Source: Phormidium sp.
GTDB lineage: Bacteria; Cyanobacteriota; Cyanobacteriia; Cyanobacteriales; Aerosakkonemataceae
Reading direction: 5' to 3'
DNA: 64,000 nt
NCBI GenBank assembly: GCA_051013385.1
Contig: CP143273.1
Location: 960,001 to 1,024,000 of the forward strand
Part shown: positions 10,682 to 20,072 of the stretch, piece after piece
Numbering within the stretch: position 1 is the stretch's first letter
How the letters are laid out: every line of letters begins with the position of its first letter
Notes under the pieces: generated by a model
What the model saw: only the letters and a program-made list of their open reading frames with translations
Told to the model about the DNA's origin: nothing
Databases searched by the model: none
Program-made: the position numbers and the translations under genes

Positions 10682-11650
10682 ATGCCTTTTCGGATATTAA
10701 GTTTGGATGGGGGAGGAATTCGCGGTGTGATTGCAGCGGTGATTTTGGCAGAAGTAGAGAAGATTGTCAAAGTACCTTTGAATAGTTATTTTGATTTAAT
10801 AGCAGGTACTTCTACAGGGTCAATTTTAGCAAGTGCGATCGCTTTAGGTAAAAAAAGCGAAGAAATTATTCAACTGTATCGCCAAAGAGGAAAAAGAATT
10901 TTCCCCTACACTAGTATTTTATCACCCCAACGGTTGAGTTTAATGTTCAAATATGGGCCTTCTGCGCCTAAATACTCAGATAAAGGTTTAATAGAAGTGT
11001 TACAAAGAGAATTTGGTAACACCAAAATCGGAGATATTAAATCACCAAAATTGTTAATTACAGCTTACGATACGATCGATCGAGAATTCATAGTTTTTAA
11101 GAACTGGCAAACATACAAACCTTGGAGCAATACTCCCCTGTGGGAAATCTGCGTTAGTTCATCATCTGCGCCGACTTTTTTCCCCGCACATTTACTAACA
11201 ACTGAAACAAAAACTTACTCATTAATTGATGGTGGAATTGGTGCAAATAACCCTTCATCTTGTGCAGTGGCAGAAGCATTAAGACTAGATCATCCAATCA
11301 GAGATATTTCTGTACTTTCCATTGGTACAGGAGATGCCACTCAACCGATTCGTTTCAATAAAGTTCGGAATTGGGGATTAATTCAGTGGATTTGGCAAGG
11401 GCGTTTAATTGAAGTACTGATGGATGCTTCTGCTGATGTTAATGATTACATTAGTAGGCAAGTTATGAATCCTCCAGAAATGGGAAATGAAGCCTCGCCT
11501 CGTTATTTTCGCCTGCAACCCAAAATAATGAAAGATGCCATAGATGATGCCAGTGATGAAAATATTAATCGGTTAATTACATCAACAGAAATCTATGTAC
11601 AACAAAATAAAGATTTACTAGTCAGTTTCTTGACACAAATTGGCGCTTAA
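10682..11650 (+). CDS. Patatin-like phospholipase
   Basis: LSLDGGGIRG, GTSTG nucleophile elbow, SAPTFF, DGG..ANNP. Confidence 0.92.
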   Translation: MPFRILSLDGGGIRGVIAAVILAEVEKIVKVPLNSYFDLIAGTSTGSILASAIALGKKSEEIIQLYRQRGKRIFPYTSILSPQRLSLMFKYGPSAPKYSDKGLIEVLQREFGNTKIGDIKSPKLLITAYDTIDREFIVFKNWQTYKPWSNTPLWEICVSSSSAPTFFPAHLLTTETKTYSLIDGGIGANNPSSCAVAEALRLDHPIRDISVLSIGTGDATQPIRFNKVRNWGLIQWIWQGRLIEVLMDASADVNDYISRQVMNPPEMGNEASPRYFRLQPKIMKDAIDDASDENINRLITSTEIYVQQNKDLLVSFLTQIGA

Positions 11651-11741
11651 GAAATTAAATTTATGAATTGCCAATAAATGGTGCAAAATGAGAATAATAA
11701 GTAAATTACCAATTTGCTGATACTCTCATGGAGGTTTTGTC

Positions 11742-12149
11742 ATGTATTGGCATTCACAATATATTAGTTTGGTCAGTGCTATATTGTTTCTCTGGTTAGC
11801 TTCTCTTTCACAAGCCAATAAACTATCTGCACAGACGAATTTATCACCATCACCCAGTCGAGCTTTAGATGGTAATATTTTACGGGATGATGAGAGACAA
11901 ATTAATCAAACTCAGCTGCCTTGGGTAATAGTTTCTAATCAACCAAATCAAGTAATTCCTTTTGCTGTTACTAATAAAATTTCCGCTTTTTTTACTAAAG
12001 AAGGTTTAACTCCTGTTTCCTGTAGTACCAATCCAGTAGTCGTAATTTCTGTTAATAATAAGTATATAGCTTGTAGCTCACCGACAACAAAATTTCCCCC
12101 AGGAACTTATAATACAACTATACCTGATTTAGAACCTACTAATAAATGA
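11742..12149 (+). CDS. Small secreted hypothetical protein
   Basis: GGAGG RBS, N-terminal signal peptide, two cysteines. Confidence 0.65.
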   Translation: MYWHSQYISLVSAILFLWLASLSQANKLSAQTNLSPSPSRALDGNILRDDERQINQTQLPWVIVSNQPNQVIPFAVTNKISAFFTKEGLTPVSCSTNPVVVISVNNKYIACSSPTTKFPPGTYNTTIPDLEPTNK

Positions 12150-12208
12150 ATTATGAAATATAAGTTGGTAATTTGTCTTGCCAAGTACGTAGTTGCGCTA
12201 AAGCGCTC

Positions 12209-12368
12209 TTATGCTTATACTCGCTTTGGTAAACCCCATAATGGTGAATTAGTAGATAAGATAGTAAAAATGGCAGAAACTATAGGTCGGGAGGTAGCAA
12301 CACCAGCACAAGCGCGGGAAATTTTGAAAATGCCTCAAAGGTCAAAATTGCCACCTTTAACTGTGTAA
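12209..12368 (+). pseudogene. C-terminal remnant of a BKACE/DUF849 (3-keto-5-aminohexanoate cleavage enzyme-like) gene
   Basis: HNGELVDKIVKMAETIGREVATPAQAREIL matches the family's C-terminal N.ELV...GREVATP..AREIL signature. The rest of the gene is absent and a half REP (12185-12208) sits at the junction. Confidence 0.6.
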
Positions 12369-12384
12369 TTACTAAAGTTTTTTG

Positions 12385-13116
12385 ATGTCTGACGTTAGCA
12401 TTATTATTCCTACTTTGAATGAAGCAAGCTGCTTAGGTCGAACTTTACGAAACCTCAGCTTGCTTGACCCTCCAGCCAAAGAAATAATCATAGTTGATGG
12501 TGGAAGTAAAGATGAAACGATCGCCATTGCGGAAGCGGCAAATGTGCAAGTTATTACTTGGGAAAACCGGGGACGTTCTCGACAAATGAATCAAGGTGCA
12601 ATCGCTGCTACCGGAGATTTTCTCTGCTTTTTACACGCTGATACTTTAGTTCCTGATGACTTAGTTACGGTAATTGAACAAACATTAACTAACAAAAATA
12701 TTGCCTGTGGTGGTTTCATTTCTTTGATGACAGGTGCTACTACAACTCGTTGGGTAATTTCTCTACATAACTATCTGAAAACCTATTATGCACCGCTAAT
12801 TTTTAAGCCGCATTTGTTTGTTAAAGGTTTGCGGCTTTTGTTTGGCGATCAAGTGATGTTTTGCCGTCGCAGTGATTTTTTAGAGACAGGGGGTTTTGAT
12901 GTTAATATTCCGATTATGGAAGAAGCAGATTTGTGTTTGAAATTGGTGCAAAAAGGCAGGATTAAACAAGTAAATCGAATTGTGCAAAGTAGCGATCGCA
13001 GAGTCGCCCATTGGGGTTCTTTAAAAGCTACAGCTATCTATCTTTACATTGGCATTTTATGGGGTTTAGGTGTCTCCCCTGAATATTTGAAAAAGTTTTA
13101 TCAAGATATTCGCTAA
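12385..13116 (+). CDS. GT2 glycosyltransferase, TIGR04283-like
   Basis: SIIIPTLNEA, VDGGSKD, GRSRQMNQGA, FLHADT, FGDQ, IMEE.DL, SDRR. Confidence 0.88.
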   Translation: MSDVSIIIPTLNEASCLGRTLRNLSLLDPPAKEIIIVDGGSKDETIAIAEAANVQVITWENRGRSRQMNQGAIAATGDFLCFLHADTLVPDDLVTVIEQTLTNKNIACGGFISLMTGATTTRWVISLHNYLKTYYAPLIFKPHLFVKGLRLLFGDQVMFCRRSDFLETGGFDVNIPIMEEADLCLKLVQKGRIKQVNRIVQSSDRRVAHWGSLKATAIYLYIGILWGLGVSPEYLKKFYQDIR

Positions 13117-13226
13117 AGTTTTACCTATTGTTCGTTTAAACTCCAATCATAATTAAAAAATTATTTATTCATGATATTAATTTAATAGCATGAATCACAG
13201 CTAATTAAACGTCTAAAGAATTAGAA

Positions 13227-13919
13227 TTGCGGGTGATTGAACGCACATCAGCATTACAAAAAGCTAATAATCAATTAGCAAATGAACGGGAAAAATCAGA
13301 ACGTTTATTATTAAATATTTTACCAGAACCGATCGCCGATCGCCTCAAAGAAGGACAAAAAAGTATTGCCGATGGCTTTAGCGAAGTCACAATTTTATTT
13401 GCTGATTTAGTCAACTTTACGGAACTATCAGAAAAAGTAACTCCTACTGAACTTGTAGCGTTACTCAATGAGATTTTTTCGGCGTTCGATCGCCTAACTG
13501 AAAAGCACAGTTTAGAAAAAATCAAAACAATTGGTGATGCTTACATGGTAGCTGGCGGTATTCCCAACCCCAGGAAGGATCATGTTCAATGCGTAGTAGA
13601 AATGGCTCTAGATATGCAGCAACAAATTATCAATTTGAATGCTAAAAATGACTATAATTTAAGTATCAGAATAGGGATTAATACGGGTCCAGTAGTAGCC
13701 GGAGTAATAGGCACAAAAAAATTCATTTATGACCTTTGGGGTGACACAGTTAATGTTGCTAGCCGCATGGAATCTCATGGGATAGTAGGGGAAATTCAAG
13801 TTACAGAAAAGATTTATGAGATGTTAAGCGATCGCTACAATTTCCTGTTAAGAGGTTCAATACAAGTTAAAGGCAAAGGAGAGATGATTACCTATTTACT
13901 TATAGGCAAAAAAGAGTAA
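13227..13919 (+). CDS. Class III adenylate/guanylate cyclase catalytic domain, N-terminally truncated (possible pseudogene)
   Basis: SERLLLNILP, ILFADLVNFT, KIKTIGDAYM, YDLWGDTVNVASRMES. Only a TTG/GTG start, with a frameshifted HAMP/S-helix remnant upstream. Confidence 0.8.
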   Translation: MRVIERTSALQKANNQLANEREKSERLLLNILPEPIADRLKEGQKSIADGFSEVTILFADLVNFTELSEKVTPTELVALLNEIFSAFDRLTEKHSLEKIKTIGDAYMVAGGIPNPRKDHVQCVVEMALDMQQQIINLNAKNDYNLSIRIGINTGPVVAGVIGTKKFIYDLWGDTVNVASRMESHGIVGEIQVTEKIYEMLSDRYNFLLRGSIQVKGKGEMITYLLIGKKE

Positions 13920-13949
13920 TACTATCTTAAATCAACTACAGCGAAAAAT

Positions 13950-14990
13950 ATGGAAGCCGCCAGTAAACAAGACTCCTTTTTTGCTTTAGCACTACAGGTA
14001 ACTTGTCATGCAGTTAATCAAGTGCAGGATCGGAGTGAGGCGCGATCGCTCATCCAACAGTCAATTAACCGCATCGAAAAACAGATTGCTGGTAGCATCG
14101 CCTTTATTGGTTCTGATTGTAAACTAATAGTATTGCCGGAATATTTTTTAACAGGTTTTCCGATGGGAGAATCGATAAATGTTTGGGCAGAAAAAGCTTG
14201 TTTAGAAATGGCTGGTGCAGAATATGAAGCATTAGGAAAAATTGCCCAAAAATACCAAATATTTCTCGCTGGAAACGCTTACGAACTCGATCCAAACTTT
14301 CCTAAATTATACTTTCAAACTTGCTTTGTAATCGACCCTTCTGGCGAAATTGTTTTAAGATATCGTCGCTTAAATTCAATGTTTGCTCCCACACCTCACG
14401 ATGTTTGGGATAAATATTTAGAATGTTATGGATTAGAAGGAGTTTTTCCCGTTGCGAAAACAGCAATTGGCAATTTAGCCGCCTTAGCTTCCGAGGAAAT
14501 TTTATATCCCGAAGTTGCTAGATGTTTAGCAATGCGAGGTGCAGAAATTTTCCTGCATTCTACATCAGAAGTATTTGGCAAAGATCGATCGCCCAAACAA
14601 GCCGCCAAAATCACCCGTGCAGTTGAAAACATGGCTTATGTAATATCAGCAAATACCGCCGGAATAGCCAATATTCCGATTCCCATTTCTTCTGCTGATG
14701 GTGGTTCTAAAATTATCGATTATCGTGGATTAGTGTTAGCAGAAACAGCAACCGGAGAAAGCATGGCTGCATTTGCCGAAATCGATTTAGCCGCTTTAAG
14801 AAGATATCGTCGTCGCCCCGGATTAAACAATTTGCTGTCTCGCCAAAGGTTTGAATTATACGCACAAAGTTACTCGCAATCTCACTTTTACCCAGCTAAT
14901 ACAATGGAAAATGGAGAAATAGATCGGAAGCATTTTGTGAAAACGCAACAAGAAGCGATCGATCGTTTATCCAACTTGGGAATCATTTAA
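13950..14990 (+). CDS. Nitrilase-superfamily (carbon-nitrogen hydrolase) protein with atypical active site
   Basis: IVLPEY, G.IVLRYRR, G.LAALASEEILYPE.AR.LA.RGAE, RAVEN.AYV.SAN, GGS.IID..G. Confidence 0.88.
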   Translation: MEAASKQDSFFALALQVTCHAVNQVQDRSEARSLIQQSINRIEKQIAGSIAFIGSDCKLIVLPEYFLTGFPMGESINVWAEKACLEMAGAEYEALGKIAQKYQIFLAGNAYELDPNFPKLYFQTCFVIDPSGEIVLRYRRLNSMFAPTPHDVWDKYLECYGLEGVFPVAKTAIGNLAALASEEILYPEVARCLAMRGAEIFLHSTSEVFGKDRSPKQAAKITRAVENMAYVISANTAGIANIPIPISSADGGSKIIDYRGLVLAETATGESMAAFAEIDLAALRRYRRRPGLNNLLSRQRFELYAQSYSQSHFYPANTMENGEIDRKHFVKTQQEAIDRLSNLGII

Positions 14991-15033
14991 AATTTGCTGA
15001 ATTTCCGTGTATTGATACTTAATCAACAAAACT

Positions 15034-16449
15034 ATGAAAGCAAAAATTAATGTTCGCAATCCTCGCACAGGCAAAACAGACTATTCAATTATACCCCCAA
15101 CCTTAGAAGAACTAACAGCAGAATGTGCCAAATTGCGCGAAGCACAAATTAATTGGCAAAAAGCCGGATTAGAAACAAGAATTGCCGCATTACAACAATG
15201 GAAACAAGAGATTATCTCGAAAAAAGATCGACTTACTGAAGCATTAGTAAATGATACAGGTAGGTTATCAGTCACAGTTTTGGAAATAGATTCTTTTATC
15301 TCTAGTATCGATCGCTGGTGTAAAATAGCCCCAGAATTACTAATAGAAACCGAAACAACCACAGCAATTCCCTTTATTAAACTGCAAAGTCAACTAGTTC
15401 CCTACACATTAGTTGGCGTAATTAGCCCTTGGAACTTCCCCTTATTACTCTCTACAATTGATACAATTCCCGCATTACTAGCAGGTTGTGCAGTCATCGT
15501 AAAACCTAGTGGAATTGCGCCTCGTTTCATTCAACCACTATTAGAAACCATTGCATCTGTTCCCGAATTATCATCAATATTAACCTTTATTGAAGGCACA
15601 GGCGAAACAGGAAGCAATTTAATAAAATTGGTAGATTTAGTATGTTTTACAGGTAGCGTCAATATTGGGAAAAAAGTAGCAGAAGAAGCTGTCAAGCAAT
15701 TTATTCCAGCCTTCTTAGAACTAGGAGGCAAAGATCCAGCGATTGTTACAGAAACAGCCAATTTAGACTTAGCAACTTCAGCTATTTTATGGGGTTCAAT
15801 TGTTAATACAGGACAATCATGTTTATCAACTGAACGGATCTATGTTGCCGAAGCAATTTTTGATACCTTTGTTGCTCAATTAGTCGCAAAAGCCCAAAGA
15901 GTTAAGCTAGCTTTTCCTAGCGTAGAAGATGGCGAAATCGGCCCGATTATTGCCGAAAAACAAGCCAAAATAATTGAAGAACAATTGGAGGATGCAGTTG
16001 TTAAAGGTGCAGTAATTCATTGTGGCGGAAAGATTGAAGAATTAGGTGGTGGTTTATGGTGTAAACCGACAGTTTTAACCCAAGTAAATCACACCATGAA
16101 ACTAATGACTGAAGAAACATTTGGTCCGATCGTGCCAATTATGAAATTTAATAATATTTCCGAAGCAATTCACTTAGCTAATGATAGTATTTATGGATTA
16201 AGTGCCGCAGTTTTTGCAGATACAGAAACCGCAGCAATAGAAATAGCACAACATTTAAATGCAGGGGCAATTAGTATCAATGATGCCGCATTAACAGCGA
16301 TCGTACATGAAGGAGAAAAGAACTCCTTTAAATTTTCCGGGATGGGTGGTTCGCGCATGGGTGCAGCAGCAATTCAAAGGTTTATGCGAAAAAAAGCCTT
16401 ATTAATTAAAACCCAACCCATTGCCAACCCTTGGTGGTTTGAGATTTAA
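15034..16449 (+). CDS. Aldehyde dehydrogenase family protein
   Basis: ISPWNFP, FTGS, LELGGKDP, GQSC (catalytic Cys), EETFGP, YGLSAAVF. Confidence 0.93.
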   Translation: MKAKINVRNPRTGKTDYSIIPPTLEELTAECAKLREAQINWQKAGLETRIAALQQWKQEIISKKDRLTEALVNDTGRLSVTVLEIDSFISSIDRWCKIAPELLIETETTTAIPFIKLQSQLVPYTLVGVISPWNFPLLLSTIDTIPALLAGCAVIVKPSGIAPRFIQPLLETIASVPELSSILTFIEGTGETGSNLIKLVDLVCFTGSVNIGKKVAEEAVKQFIPAFLELGGKDPAIVTETANLDLATSAILWGSIVNTGQSCLSTERIYVAEAIFDTFVAQLVAKAQRVKLAFPSVEDGEIGPIIAEKQAKIIEEQLEDAVVKGAVIHCGGKIEELGGGLWCKPTVLTQVNHTMKLMTEETFGPIVPIMKFNNISEAIHLANDSIYGLSAAVFADTETAAIEIAQHLNAGAISINDAALTAIVHEGEKNSFKFSGMGGSRMGAAAIQRFMRKKALLIKTQPIANPWWFEI

Positions 16450-16486
16450 CAAATGGAGGAATGAACTATGTCAAACAGCTGTAGCT

Positions 16487-16577
16487 GTAGGGTGCGTCAG
16501 AACCTTAAAATGTAGAGACGTTCTATACAACGTCTCTACATTTTAAGACTAAAATTATAATGTCTGACGCACCTTAC
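16487..16577. repeat. Nested REP-like palindromes
   Basis: gtagggtgcgtcaga ... tctgacgcaccttac encloses tgtagagacgtt...aacgtctctaca. The same outer family occurs at 49878-49942. Confidence 0.8.
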
Positions 16578-16615
16578 TAAATATTAGTAATATTCAACAA
16601 ATGGAGGAATTAACG

Positions 16616-17059
16616 ATGTCAATACGTGAAGGAATGCCAGTACTTACCAGACACGAAGGCGACTGGGTAGGAACATACACTTTAGTTGACCTTGAAGGAA
16701 ATATCCTCGACAAACACAAATCCCATTTAACCTGTCAATTTCCCGAAACAGGCGACTATGCTTATTATCAAATTAATCGCTACCAATGGGATGACGGAAA
16801 AAGTGAAGAACATCAATTTCCCGGAACATATCGCGATAATAAACTGTGGTTTGATACAGAAAGAATTGAAGGACACGCTTGGGAAGTAGATGATTCAACT
16901 ATTATTTTGTGGTTTGGTTATAAAACCATGCCAGATATGCACCTATATGAAATGATTCAAATTAGTCCTTGCAATAACTATCGGGCGAGGACTTGGCATT
17001 GGTTTAAAAACAATCAAATATTTAGACGCACCTTAATTCAAGAAGAACGGATGAAATAA
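16616..17059 (+). CDS. DUF3598-like small beta-barrel protein
   Basis: GGAGG RBS, N-terminal HEG.W.GTY motif typical of calycin-like barrels, aromatic-rich beta strands. Confidence 0.6.
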   Translation: MSIREGMPVLTRHEGDWVGTYTLVDLEGNILDKHKSHLTCQFPETGDYAYYQINRYQWDDGKSEEHQFPGTYRDNKLWFDTERIEGHAWEVDDSTIILWFGYKTMPDMHLYEMIQISPCNNYRARTWHWFKNNQIFRRTLIQEERMK

Positions 17060-17083
17060 AAGGTTATAAATTAGGAAAATCAA

Positions 17084-17902
17084 ATGCAACCCAAAATAAA
17101 AAGAGCATTTTTAGACACAGAAGACGGGCAAGTTTTATATAGAATTGGTGGCGAAGGAGAACCGCTACTTTTACTGCACATGAACCCCCGTAGCAGCGAT
17201 GAATATCGCGAATTAATGCCAATTCTTGCCCAAAAAAGACGAGTCATTGCAATGGATTTAATGGGATTTGGAGACTCTGATAAACCACCTAGACTTTACT
17301 CAGTTGCAGACTACGCCAAAACTGTCATCGCACTTTTAGACGAATTAAAAATAGAAAAAACCTGCATTTTAGGCAACCATACAGGTGCTTTTGTTTCGGG
17401 AGAAGTCGCCGCAACTTATCCTGAAAGAGTGAAAAAACTAATTGTTTGCAATGTTGCAGGTTTTGGAGAGGATGGCAAAGCTGATTTAATGAGGAGATTT
17501 GACGAAGGTTTTAATATTAAAGCAGATGGTTCTCATTTAATGGAAAGATGGTTAGCACGTTCTAGATATGTCGGTTCTGCTGAGTTAAACCATCGCTGGG
17601 TTTTAGATGATTTAAAATGTTTTGGTCATCCTTTATATGCAGTTTGGGCGGTAGGAAATTACTGTTTGGATGCGCCAGAAAGATTTAAATTAATTAAATG
17701 TCCTGCTTTGATTATTTGGGGGATTGATGACATGGAAGAATTTGAAAGATTGGGTTTAGCAAAAGCTAAAGATAGATTCTTTCTTTCCCAAGCATTACCA
17801 CAAGCAAAAGTGGTTGAATTTCCTGGGGGAACTATTTGCATGATGAATCAAATTCCTGAAGAGGTAGCGCAAGCAGTAACGGAATTTTTAGACAGTCCTT
17901 GA
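17084..17902 (+). CDS. Alpha/beta-hydrolase-fold protein with non-canonical elbow (GNHTG)
   Basis: PLLLLH, DLMGFGDSDKP, YP..V.KL and P.LIIWG..D motifs. Confidence 0.88.
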   Translation: MQPKIKRAFLDTEDGQVLYRIGGEGEPLLLLHMNPRSSDEYRELMPILAQKRRVIAMDLMGFGDSDKPPRLYSVADYAKTVIALLDELKIEKTCILGNHTGAFVSGEVAATYPERVKKLIVCNVAGFGEDGKADLMRRFDEGFNIKADGSHLMERWLARSRYVGSAELNHRWVLDDLKCFGHPLYAVWAVGNYCLDAPERFKLIKCPALIIWGIDDMEEFERLGLAKAKDRFFLSQALPQAKVVEFPGGTICMMNQIPEEVAQAVTEFLDSP

Positions 17903-17998
17903 GTTTAGCTGTGTTGAACATAATTTTTTGATTTTTACCACAGATATCCACAGATAAACACAGATGATTGCACAGTGTTATTAGAGGAGATTAATTAG

Positions 17999-18883
17999 GT
18001 GATTGTCACGTCAGATTTGTTTACATTTGATTTTGATGTGGTGACAGTTAACCCTCAAGGTGAGGAAGTTGAACGCATTCGCAGTTCCGCTAAATATCGA
18101 GTGGAAGAGTTAGGACAGGGTGTAACTTTAGAAATGGTTGCTATTCCGGGCGGGACTTTTTTAATGGGTACAACTAATACAGAGCAAGGCAGGTTAAAAA
18201 ATCAAAATCCGCCGCATTTAGTAACTATTGAATCGTTTTTTATGGGGAAATATCCTGTCACTCAAGCACAATGGGAAGCAGTAGCAAATTTGCCAAAAAT
18301 TAATCAATTTCTACATCCTGATCCATCTATTATTAAAGCACCAAATAAACCTGTTGAACAGATTTCTTGGGATGATGCGATCGAATTTTGTGCTAGGTTA
18401 TCTCAACATACAGGAAAACAATATCGACTTCCCAGCGAAGCAGAATGGGAATATGCTTGTCGCGCTGGAACTACCACACCTTTTCACTTTGGAGAAACTT
18501 GCACAACTGAGTTAGCAAATTATTCAGGAATAGACTGGGAATATATGGGTAAAATTTGCAGTCGTGGTGCTTATGGTTTAGGGCCAAAAGGACAAGATAG
18601 AAGAGAAACAACTCCTGTTGGAAGTTTTAAGGTTGCTAACAATTTCGGTCTCTATGATATGCACGGAAATGTGAGAGAATGGTGTGCAGATTTTTGGCAT
18701 GAAAATTATCAAGATGCGCCCACAGATGGTAGTGCTTGGGTGACAGGTGGAGATAGGGAAAAACGGGTGGTGCGTGGTGGTTCTTGGAATACTGGGCCAA
18801 TCAAATGTCGATCGGCTTTTCGCAGTGTTTTAGAGGCAAATTCTTCCCTTTATGATGTCGGTTTTCGGGTTGCTTGTTCTTAA
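17999..18883 (+). CDS. Formylglycine-generating enzyme-like (FGE-sulfatase/CLec) domain protein
   Basis: IPGGTF.MG, YPVTQAQW, RLPSEAEWEYACRAGT, FGLYDMHGNV.EWC, RGGSW, GFRV. Confidence 0.92.
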   Translation: MIVTSDLFTFDFDVVTVNPQGEEVERIRSSAKYRVEELGQGVTLEMVAIPGGTFLMGTTNTEQGRLKNQNPPHLVTIESFFMGKYPVTQAQWEAVANLPKINQFLHPDPSIIKAPNKPVEQISWDDAIEFCARLSQHTGKQYRLPSEAEWEYACRAGTTTPFHFGETCTTELANYSGIDWEYMGKICSRGAYGLGPKGQDRRETTPVGSFKVANNFGLYDMHGNVREWCADFWHENYQDAPTDGSAWVTGGDREKRVVRGGSWNTGPIKCRSAFRSVLEANSSLYDVGFRVACS

Positions 18884-18900
18884 TTAGATGTTTAAAAAGT

Positions 18901-19010
18901 TTTGGCGGTTAAAACCGCAACTATACAAACAAAGTCCGCCTACGCGGACTCTTAATCTTGAAACCTGCGTAGGCAGGTTTTGTCTGTATAGCCGCGACTT
19001 TAGTCGCAGG
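18901..19010. repeat. Multi-hairpin dispersed repeat
   Basis: gcggtt-aa-aaccgc, agtccgc-ctac-gcggact, aaacctgc-gtag-gcaggttt, gcgact-tt-agtcgc. Confidence 0.7.
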
Positions 19011-19042
19011 GGCGATGATAATTACTCGTAGGATTAAAGATT

Positions 19043-20050
19043 ATGAATGTAAGCAAATACCGGAAACTGATTGCTAAAAAATTGAGTAATGATTTTAAAT
19101 CTGCGATCGCAATTGTAGAAGCAGATATTCCAAGTTTATCAGCAAATAAAATCCTAATTCAGAACAAATATGCTGGCATTAATGCAGGTTTTGATACATT
19201 AAGTTGTCGAGGTGAAGTTCCTTACGTTAACCTCACCCCGCCTTTTGATTTAGGAGTAGAAGCAATTGGGGAAATAGTAGCAATTGGAAGTGAGGTTAAA
19301 GATTTACAAATAGGCGATGCAGTAGCAACAATTGTCAGGGGTGGTGGATATGGAGAATATCAGGTTTTGGATGCTAAACTAGCAGTTAAAATTCGCGAAG
19401 TTAGCCCAGAAATTTTAACTTTAATGCCTACAGGTGTATCAGCTTTAGTGGCGTTAGAAAAAGTGGGAGAAATGCGAAGTAATGAAGTGGTTCTAGTTAC
19501 TGCTGCTGCTGGAGGAACGGGACATATTGCGGTACAATTGGCTAAGTTAGCGGGTAATCATGTAATTGGGATTTGTGGATCGGATGCTAAGGTAAATTTG
19601 TTGAAGGAGTTGGGGTGCGATCGACCAATCAACTACCGCCAAGAAAACCTAAATACAGTCTTAAAACAAGAATATCCCCAAGGCATTAACTTAGTATTTG
19701 AATGTGTTGGCAAACAAACATTTGATACTTGTGTAGAGAATTTAGCAGTGCGAGGAAGACTAGTAATTGTCGGGTTTATATCCGAATATTTAAATGATTT
19801 TGAGTTGGTAAATCAGCCGAGAATTTATAGTAAAATATTCTGGAAAGCTGCTTCAGTACGAGGTTTTCTCATGCCGCATTATGCAGAATTTGGGGGAGAG
19901 GTGTGCGATCGACTCCTCAACCTTTACTATTCCGGCAAAATCAAAGTAACAGTTGACCCCACCGAGTTTAAAGGATTAGAATCAATTCCAAATGCCGTAG
20001 AATACCTACTCAGTGGGAAAAACTGTGGCAAAGTAGTAGTTAGTTTTTAA
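19043..20050 (+). CDS. MDR-family NADPH oxidoreductase (PTGR3/ZADH2-like)
   Basis: GINA, PPFDLGVEA.G, VLVTAAAGGTG, YP.G..LVFE.VG, GKVVV. No catalytic Zn ligand set seen. Confidence 0.88.
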   Translation: MNVSKYRKLIAKKLSNDFKSAIAIVEADIPSLSANKILIQNKYAGINAGFDTLSCRGEVPYVNLTPPFDLGVEAIGEIVAIGSEVKDLQIGDAVATIVRGGGYGEYQVLDAKLAVKIREVSPEILTLMPTGVSALVALEKVGEMRSNEVVLVTAAAGGTGHIAVQLAKLAGNHVIGICGSDAKVNLLKELGCDRPINYRQENLNTVLKQEYPQGINLVFECVGKQTFDTCVENLAVRGRLVIVGFISEYLNDFELVNQPRIYSKIFWKAASVRGFLMPHYAEFGGEVCDRLLNLYYSGKIKVTVDPTEFKGLESIPNAVEYLLSGKNCGKVVVSF

Positions 20051-20072
20051 TTTAAAAAACAGCATTACTTTT

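Noticed and set aside
10682..11650. Patatin as a CBASS CapV effector
   Set aside because: No CD-NTase or Cap2/Cap3 genes nearby; it follows housekeeping folB.
12385..13116. Arsenosugar biosynthesis cluster
   Set aside because: Only the TIGR04283-like glycosyltransferase is present; no arsM, radical SAM or partner genes.
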